Source of the DNA: Macrostomum lignano
Lineage: Eukaryota
DNA: 64,000 bases
NCBI GenBank assembly: GCA_002269645.1
Contig: NIVC01001509.1
Coordinates: 62,001 to 126,000 of the forward strand
Direction: 5' to 3'
Part shown: one piece after another, positions 56,192 through 64,000 of the stretch
Numbering within the stretch: position 1 is the first letter of the stretch
Layout of the letters: every line of letters begins with the position of its first letter
The notes under the pieces: model-generated
Databases searched by the model: none
What the model was told of the DNA's origin: nothing
The model's input: the letters and a program-made list of their open reading frames with translations, nothing else
Translations under genes and position numbers: made by a program

Positions 56192-56825
56192 GGCGCAGGT
56201 TCGGCAAACACGTTCGGCAGATATAAGCTATGCAAATTTTAACTGCGAGCAGCGACCTTTGCACCGTCCAACGTTTTGGTTTCCGCTTTAATAACAGCCC
56301 GACCCACCCTTGGCTGAACAGAGGAATCCGGAGGGTCTAGCGATCAGCCTTCTTGTCCGATTGGGATATGATTTTTATCGATTTTTCTCACCCATAGCTC
56401 AGAATTTCTCTGCCCCCCCAGCCAGCCGGGTGCAGCTCCCAACCGAAAAAAATCCCCGTCGATTCGCACACGCAGTGGAAATTCACAAAAAAACGGTCCC
56501 CAGCCTACTTGTAGCAGCAGCTGCACAGAAGAATCTATAGAGTCGCTGGCAGGTGCAGGGGGGGGGGTTCAGTCACGTGATGCGATAAGATCGTCTATTG
56601 TTATTTGGCTATGCCGCTCGCAGCTCATTGGTCCCGCAGAATTTCCACGAAATCAGCTGCATGGAGACTCGCAAGCCGGCGAGAGAGATTAGGGCAGGAA
56701 TTTTATTGCCTCCTTTTTTGTGCAAAGCACCGAGACCGATTTTGATTTATATCAAACTTTTTTTCAACCTGTATAGCAGGGTATAAATATAACATTGAAA
56801 CACGGTCCAAAATGACACTGCTTCA

Positions 56826-57039
56826 TAAATAATAACTGCAGGAGCCCTGTGCAGGGAGGGACTTTGGCGACATCGTCCAACACAAGCAGCAGCACTGAAG
56901 CTGTTCTGCCCAATCCGCTGAGTCCTGAGCACATACAAGTGCGCCAATACTGTGCACAAGCTCACACAGGGTGTACAGTCGGCCTGGCTTTCTAATTGTC
57001 AGGCAGTCTCCACTTTACCGCTGAGCTGCTCCGGCCGGC
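56826..57039 (-). mobile_element. tRNA-headed SINE-like element sharing a core with the 34497 copy
   Basis: Minus strand: gccggagcagctcagcggtaaag head; ctgtacaccctgtgtgag and tgctcagga.ctcagcggattgggcag core; TTA-repeat tail. Confidence 0.55.
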
Positions 57040-57445
57040 ACAATGGTAGCTCGTAATTAGTTTTCTCCAATTAGGTCACAGTTGCTTCCCAATGTATATC
57101 TACTCCCGACCAAGTACACATTTCATCACGTGACTGCTTTCTTATGTATCCAGCTCTTCTTAAGAAGCTTAAATCGAATTGTCTGTTATTCTGATAGAGT
57201 CAGTTTATTAACAAGATTTTACTTCACAATAATTTACTGATTCGTATATGAGCTTTGATCCTTAACAAGCGCCCTTTTTAGCAGATGTAGCTTGCATGTA
57301 ATAACGGTAACGCCAAATTTGTTTTATTACTGTTACAGCAGTCGCGGCTCTTCTGCGACAGTTTTCAGTGATGAACATCGATGAAGGGCATTTCAATTGT
57401 TACTTTACAACGGTATTTTCACAGTTTTTTTTGTTCCCTGATGCT

Positions 57446-57896
57446 TCATTGTTGGTTATCTTCGGAGGTCAGACTGGAGTCCCACAGCTGCTGAGTTCGT
57501 ACAGCCAATCGGCTGACGCTGAGCATCTCTCCGGTCGCTGTGCTGTCCTCCACTGCCCGCCAGACCAGTTCAGGTGGAAAGCCGAGCTTGTCAATCAAGA
57601 CGGGACTGAAGCGGTGAAATTCCTTTCGTACCGTTTCTTGATGCTGCTGCTCAGAAATGCTGCTTTGATTTGCTGGAGACTCGAAATCGCCAGCTGTGAT
57701 TTTGGTGTGGATTAGTGAATTCGTATACTTTTCAGGGCATAACGCTACGCTATCTATATGTATACATAATGGCATAAAACCATAAAACCATAAACTTACA
57801 AAGCTTGCCATCGAAGTCAATCCGGGTAGGCCATGCGATTGTCGACTGAGACACCCGTTGAATACTGGCAGATTGCTGCGGAACACTTGCTGGCAT
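57446..57896 (-). CDS. Putative small orphan protein, 2 exons (57896-57800, 57693-57446), ~114 aa, UBA-like motif
   Basis: Canonical T|gtaagt donor and cacag|CT acceptor in matching phase 1; LGFPPELVWRAVEDSTATGEMLSVSRLAV. Upstream exons are possible. Confidence 0.5.
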
Positions 57897-58366
57897 TGTG
57901 TTTTGAATGCGCGTTGTTATGGAGGCAATTGCAACTCTAAAAACTGACTAGCTAGTTTCTTATAGCTTATTATGTACATTGTCTAAGCGACTGTCGAGTC
58001 CTGAAAAAAATTAAAATTAGGTTCTACGTAATTTCCTTTTTTGCCGAGGCATTGCAGTATGCGGTAAAACTACAAGGTACCAAATGACGGGCTTGTCGTA
58101 AGTTCTATTTTTAGAAATACTGGATTGAATTCTCTTTCCGACTGTACTCGCAATGCACTAGCAGCAGTTAGCTGCTGAAAAGTATGCATTGAAACATAAT
58201 CTCCGCCGCGCCCTTGATAAGTGCAGTTGTGAGAACTACGTAGTAAGACTGCGTATATTAGTAGACTACGAGCAGGACCAGTACAGCAAGGACATTAAAA
58301 AATTTACATATGTGTGTAATTAATTCTACATGTATAATTACGTTATTAAATGTACGTCATACATGT

Positions 58367-58660
58367 CAAGGACGACTCAAGTAGAAGAACTGGAAACCTC
58401 GTTTCCAAGAAAATTTTATGAGGCAAGTTTTTCAGAAAAATACACTACGGAAATAGGAAGTTTTCATTTTTCAGCACAAAAATTATTACGGCTTTCGATA
58501 GGAGGCAGACCCAGCAGTGCTCATCTTTTGATACGTTGTGCCTTTCTGACAGCTGTATTGATATTTATAAAGCCTGTCGTTCAGAAAATTAGGAACCAGC
58601 CTCCTCAAATTTTCCAAGAGACGAGCTATGTTTCCCGTCCTTCGAATTGAGTCGTCCTTG
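58367..58660. mobile_element. MITE-like element with ~55 bp imperfect terminal inverted repeats
   Basis: CAAGGACGACTCAA...TTGAGTCGTCCTTG perfect 14 bp ends with further inward similarity; no TSD found. Confidence 0.65.
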
Positions 58661-58866
58661 GTTAAGGCACTCGTTATTTGCACGGGACCGTATGAAAAAA
58701 TGATAATAATTTAATTTCATAATGAAAACGAGAATAAAAAAATCAAATAACAATTATAGTTATTTATTTTATTACTCTTACAAAAATAGTTTCTCTGCAA
58801 TCAAATACTGCATTGACAAAAAATGTTATAATGTATTATAATGGGCTGCGAAATACCAGTTGACAC

Positions 58867-59463
58867 GGTTTCAACCTACTTCGGCGAAAGAATTTTCGGC
58901 GAAAGTCAATAACGGCGAAAAATACTTTCGCAATGACCATTTCGTCTGAAAGCTGACCATTTCGGCGAAAAATTTATTCTAAGCTTCGCTGAGAAGTTTT
59001 TTGTTTTAGAAGTAAGTTAAAAAAACGACGAACTTTAAAAAGACTAATTTTATCTAAACATGTTTTTGTTTTGTCGCAGTTTAATTTAGTTGTTTTATTA
59101 GATGCCCTTCCATTACGGCGGAATTTCAAAGTACGATTTTAGGAGCCTGGGATTTAATCTGAAAAACCACACCGTCATCATCCCTAATCTATCGACTGCA
59201 TATCGATAGATCGCATGTACATAACATAGCTACGAGCTAAGTCATGAGTTTTTAAATTTCCTAACTGTAAATAATTTGCAGCAATGAACAATTTATTAAA
59301 AGGTTCAATCACCAAAGTGGTATATTTGCAATATATACGTAGCCCATCTTTTCGCCGAACTGGTCACTTTCTTTCGCCGAAATGTAAATCTATTGAAACT
59401 TAAAATTCACTTTCGCTGAAGCGTCTTTCGCCGAAAATTTCTTCGCCGAAATGGGCTGCACCC
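58867..59463. mobile_element. MITE, 597 bp, TTCGGCGAA subterminal repeats, 8 bp TSD
   Basis: TIRs GGTTTCAACCTACTTCGGCGAA / reverse complement GGGTGCAGCCCATTTCGGCGAA; exact TSD gttgacac at 58859-58866 and 59464-59471. Confidence 0.85.
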
Positions 59464-59785
59464 GTTGACACGGTCCGATACTTTTTTAATATTTTGCACT
59501 TGCTCACACTTAAACAAAGTAAATACTTTTAAATAATATTTTTATTAATCAACTGCGCAAATAAGAAGAATTAATATTCTTTGTGTATTTAATTTAAATT
59601 TAGTAGCTTATTAGGCGATTAAACTACAACGAGAAGAGATTTTTTAAATTGTGCTGAAAAATATCTTACTCGACGCGGACGAGACCATTCTCACGATACA
59701 GGTTTTGTCTTTAAAGATATAAATTAAATTGGGTAGAATCTTTCCTTAAAAGCTTTAATTTCATAATTTATTAAATAGCCTCAAT

Positions 59786-62700
59786 ATGATTCAGTCAGCT
59801 ACAACTGCTGGGCAGGAAGCTCAAGCGGGCGTCTCCCTTCGAGAAAAAACACTGTCAGATTATAGAAAAAAATTAATGGAGCATCGTGAATTGGAGGCCA
59901 AGCTCAAGGAGGGTAAGATATTGATTTACTTGCGTTGCAAATAATTTTTTCTCTGACTAACAAGTTTTTAAATAACCTTTTTGCTTTTCACATAAACCTA
60001 AAATATGAATACCATATAATGCTATAAAACTTTTGCCATAATAAAAGAATGCTATAAAAAGATAGATAGAATGCCATAAAAAAATAGTTTTTCAAGTTAA
60101 GTTATCCCATCCAATCTTTTGTATTGTAGACTGGGTTTGGAGAAATGAAAAGTTAATGAGGTATTGGGAAAGGAACCAGAATCTGTAGGAAATCATCAAG
60201 CAAAGAAAGCTCAAATATTGTGGACATTCCACACTCAGGAAGGTGTACATTATGGCGGAAAATTCCAGCGCACATCAACGAAAAATATGTGCGAAGTGGC
60301 GCACACGGCGCACAACAAAGGCTTAGCAGAAGTTTTTAGCGCACAGTGGCGCACAGCAAAATGTGATCAGAAAAATTTAGCTCACATTGAGTCACCTAAA
60401 TGTATAATCTGCATATGCAGTGCATAAAATATGCTTTAAGATTACATTTTTTCCAAGCATATCAATAAAAAAAATTGTTTCTTGGTAAGTAAAACGAATA
60501 ATAAAATTCAAAATTGGATTTTAAAGTAAAGTTAGAGCTATTTCTTTTGAAAATTCTCTATGTAAGCTAAAATAAAGCAAAAGTTTTAAGTTGAAAAAAA
60601 GCCTATATAATGTACGAAAATTTATCCGTTTTTTTAGTTTTGTTTTAATTGGACTTTTACTGAGTTTTTAGTGCTAGGCCTATGGCGCATTAGTACTCTA
60701 GCTATGTATTTGTCAAATAAACGAATGTAGACCTTGGCGCAAAAATTCATATTTTAGCTTCGCGCATAGCGCACACTCCAAAAATACACTGAAATATATT
60801 CCCGCGCATACGTGACACCTTCCTAAGTGTGGTGGACATTAGACAATGAAGGGTGCCATGACAAATGTCTTTTCAATGAGAAATTGGAAGGTGAAAAAAT
60901 GGAAGACCACTAGGATCTAGAATCTATACATTGTATAGTAGTAAATACTAGATCAAGAACCTATCTTAGATTCTTGTACATCCTATTCTTCTTGTTATCC
61001 TATCTTGCACAATGAAGCATTATGCACTTTAAATTGCAATGTCATATACACATATGTATAGTTTTTATAATAGCAGTTGTTTTTTATGGTGACCATTAGA
61101 GGTCGGACGGGATCCCAATCCCTAAATCTCGGGATCCCAAGGAATATTGAATTCTCACAAGATCAGAATCCCGCCCTAAAAAACTCAAGATTCAGGAACA
61201 GGTCTTTTGATTAAAAATTTATAGAATTAGTGATTACTTGAAGGTATTTTCTTTAACTTGTACTTGTTATATTATTTATTTTGTTGGTTACAAAACTTCA
61301 TATCAATTTCATTGTGCTTTATTTCTTGATCTTGAGAATCTTTTCTCAATTTTGTTTAACTTTACATGGACAATACACTAAAATTGTCCACATGGACAAT
61401 CACTATATGTAAGCAAAATGGTTATTTTTACAGTCAGAAAAAAAAATTTTATTTTAATTACAATGTAATAGTTAACAATTACCTAAAATAAGCTAGCTAT
61501 AGATGGCGACAAAAACTATTAGAAGTCAACATCATATCAATATATTTATTAATAATATGTTTCTTTTTTTATAAAATTTTATAGACTTAGGCCGAGCTTA
61601 AATTATAGTTTATCACTTCATCTAGATGGTATTTGTTTCAAGTGTTAACTCTAAAAATAACCATCTTGCTATTTATATGGTCACCATAACAATAACAATT
61701 ATATTTTATAATGATTGCTTCTTAGCCATGTACATGTTACTGGTAGAACATATATGTGCAACCTCCAAAATTTGGTTGGCCATGCGACTTAGTGCCTACC
61801 CTAAACTCATTACAAAGAATGTCTATACAGAATGTCTATCTATATGCTATACAAAGCATACATACTAAGAAGATTTGTTAGGTAGAGATGAAATCTATCA
61901 ATAATACATATAAGTTTCAATTGAAATTATAAATATAGCAAATTATATAATATAGATTTTTAAAAAGTCATTATCACTTAAAAATTCACAATTAAAATAG
62001 AATTTCAGCACAACAAAATAAATAATAGTTTAGTTATTTAAAGTAAAAAGTATTGCAAAGCATCTATTGTTAAATTAGGACCTACTTTCTATTTTGCATC
62101 TAAATCTAATTTATAATTTAGGCACCAAAAAGACAACTACTGAAATATCAAATACTGAAAAGTAGAGGTTGGACGGGATTGAAATCTTTGGGCGGGATCG
62201 GGATTGGGAATAATTTTTTTCTCGGGATTGGGATCGGGATTGGGATTTGAGAATTGGGATCAGGTCTTTTAGTGTATTGTCCATGTAAAGTTAAACAAAA
62301 TTGAGAAAAGATTGTCAAGATCAAGAAGTAAAACAATGAAATTGATATGAAGTTTTGTAACCAACAAAGTAAATAATGTAACGAGTACAAGTTAAAGCAA
62401 AATACCTTCAAGTAATCACTAATTCTATAAATTTTTAATCAAAAAACCTGTTCCCAAATCTTGAGTTTTTTAGGGTCAGGATTCTGGTCCCGCGGGAATT
62501 CAATTTTCTTTGGGATCCCGAGATTTCGGGATCAGGATCGGAATCCCGTCCGACCTCTACTAAAAAGCATATGAACCAAAAAGTGTGGATACCATACCAA
62601 TTAAATCAGTTAGTCCCTATATAAAGGAACACCACAAGACAAAATGATTATCAAGACTATAGAACAATTTATAAAAGCCAAAACTTTGTCCATATGTCTA

Positions 62701-63619
62701 TATAAAATTATAGTGCTATTGAAGTCCTAAACTGCTCAACAAAATAGCACCAGATTTTGTATTAACCCTATATTCACTATAGAAAAGGCTGTAGGCTACC
62801 ATAAAAGGTTTGCATTTATCTCTTCATTTTCTTAATCTAAAGGTGCAAAAAACATTAAAAAGTTAGTTTTTTAGCATTAGCAAAACATTAAACAACTATC
62901 CCAACCCCAGTTCTCTTTCCTTCCATATCTGGTTAACAATATTGCACTTTGCACATCATTTAAATGATAAACTATAGTCAATAAAGGCCTTCAAGGAAGA
63001 GTCCTTGAATGGTATTGTTTTTGTGTTGGGTAGGGTATGGCCCAATAGATGTTACTTATAATAAGTCAATATATAACAACAGTCTGCTATAAATGTGTAC
63101 ATTTAATATTGATTTGCAAGGCAAACAATAAAAATCCACTTCCAATTTGTTATTCCCAACTCTGTTTAGCTCGCGAAAAACTCCGCGACCTAACAAAAGA
63201 ATTCGACAAGTCGGAGGACGCACTAAAGGCGCTTCAAAGTGTTGGCCAAATTGTTGGCGAAGTGCTTCGCCAGCTAACCGAGGAGAAATTCATTGTAAAG
63301 GCCACCAATGGGCCGCGTTATGTTGTTGGCTGCCGGCGCAGTATCGACAAGAAACGGCTGAAGTCTGGCACCCGCGTAGCTCTCGACATGACCACCATGA
63401 CTATTATGCGCTGCCTGCCGCGCGAAGTAGATCCTCTAGTTTATAATATGAGCGCCGAGGATCCCGGCGACGTGTCCTACGCTAGCATTGGCGGCCTGTC
63501 CGAGCAGATTCGCGAGCTGCGCGAAGTTATCGAATTGCCGCTGCTTAATCCCGAGCTTTTCCAGCGTGTCGGCATCTCCCCGCCTAAGGGCTGCCTGTTG
63601 TATGGCCCGCCTGGCACAG
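59786..63619 (+). CDS. PSMC6: 26S proteasome AAA-ATPase Rpt4; exons 59786-59912 and 63170-63619, continues past the window
   Basis: [19 protein letters not shown]|AREKL...[14 protein letters not shown]...RYVVGCRR...ALDMTT...[12 protein letters not shown]...[12 protein letters not shown]; phase-1 junction is consistent. Confidence 0.97.
60160..60920 (+). pseudogene. Decayed RTE-type LINE 3' fragment split by the 60229 MITE
   Basis: Removing the MITE gives [13 protein letters not shown]...EKLEG...GRP with frameshifts, resembling the region after the RT domain in RTE-clade LINEs. Confidence 0.45.
60229..60832. mobile_element. MITE, 604 bp, 8 bp TSD, in PSMC6 intron 1
   Basis: TIR CCACACT[C/T]AGGAAGGTGT at both ends; exact TSD tggacatt at 60221-60228 and 60833-60840; GCGCAC subterminal motifs. 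Confidence 0.88.
61097..61383 (-). mobile_element. Truncated copy of the 62163 MITE in opposite orientation
   Basis: TAGAGGTCGGACGGGAT end plus ~290 bp that is the reverse complement of ~62266-62559. Confidence 0.85.
62163..62559 (+). mobile_element. hAT-like MITE, 397 bp
   Basis: TIR TAGAGGT[T/C]GGACGGGATT; 8 bp TSD ctgaaaag/ctaaaaag (7 of 8 match); GGGAT subterminal repeats. 5'-TAG ends with an 8 bp TSD are typical of hAT. Confidence 0.85.
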
Positions 63620-64000
63620 GTGAGTCTGACTGGCATTATCTATTATCTATCCTTTCGGTCATAGATAAGATATAAGATAAGATATATAGATAAGATAGAT
63701 AAGATAGGACGAAAAATGACACACACAGTGCGAAAAAAATTCACCCTTTCTTTAAAATTTAAATTCGAATAAATATACCATTATTTTGACCGAAACTAGG
63801 TCTTCGCCAGGGTATAATTGAGAAAAAAAGCTGTAATAAGGGGCGGCGCATTAAAAAAAATTGGTAGTATTTGTCGTGAGTATAGAAGTACAAAATGGCC
63901 GTGCGAATTTCGTGAACAACTCGCCCAGAGTGCTCCGTGAAACGAAACACTATTGTGATACAGACGCTTTTTTCAGTGATAACATGTGTTTAAACCTCCC

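Overview
Eukaryotic genomic DNA with GC-rich spliced exons, poly-Ala/Gln runs and introns packed with minisatellites. This resembles the flatworm Macrostomum lignano, but the species is inferred, not shown. Genes from left to right: the 5' 26 kb of a multi-exon VPS13D (- strand, ATG at 26111, runs off the left edge); a single 5S rRNA gene and an intronless heat-inducible cytosolic Hsp70 (+); a CENP-V/GFA-family gene (-); a 4-exon TAB2/3-like gene (CUE, coiled coil, NZF; -); a 5-exon PH-RhoGAP-coiled-coil gene (ARHGAP22/24/25-like; -); an InaF-motif microprotein (+); a 2-exon six-EF-hand calretinin/calbindin-like gene (-); a small orphan 2-exon ORF with a UBA-like motif (-); and the first two exons of PSMC6/Rpt4 (+). 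About 30 mostly unrelated tandem arrays, three related tRNA-headed SINE copies and a cluster of MITEs are also present. Most long ORFs in the supplied track are repeat or antisense artefacts. Two observations stand out. (1) A 4.2-kb block (28437-32631) holding the 5S gene and Hsp70 is bracketed by ~261-bp inverted repeats with about 9 differences, and the right arm also carries the putative poly(A) signals of two convergent genes. (2) Nearly every long intron carries its own private minisatellite, in some cases filling the intron almost from splice site to splice site. All alignments and counts were done by eye and are approximate.
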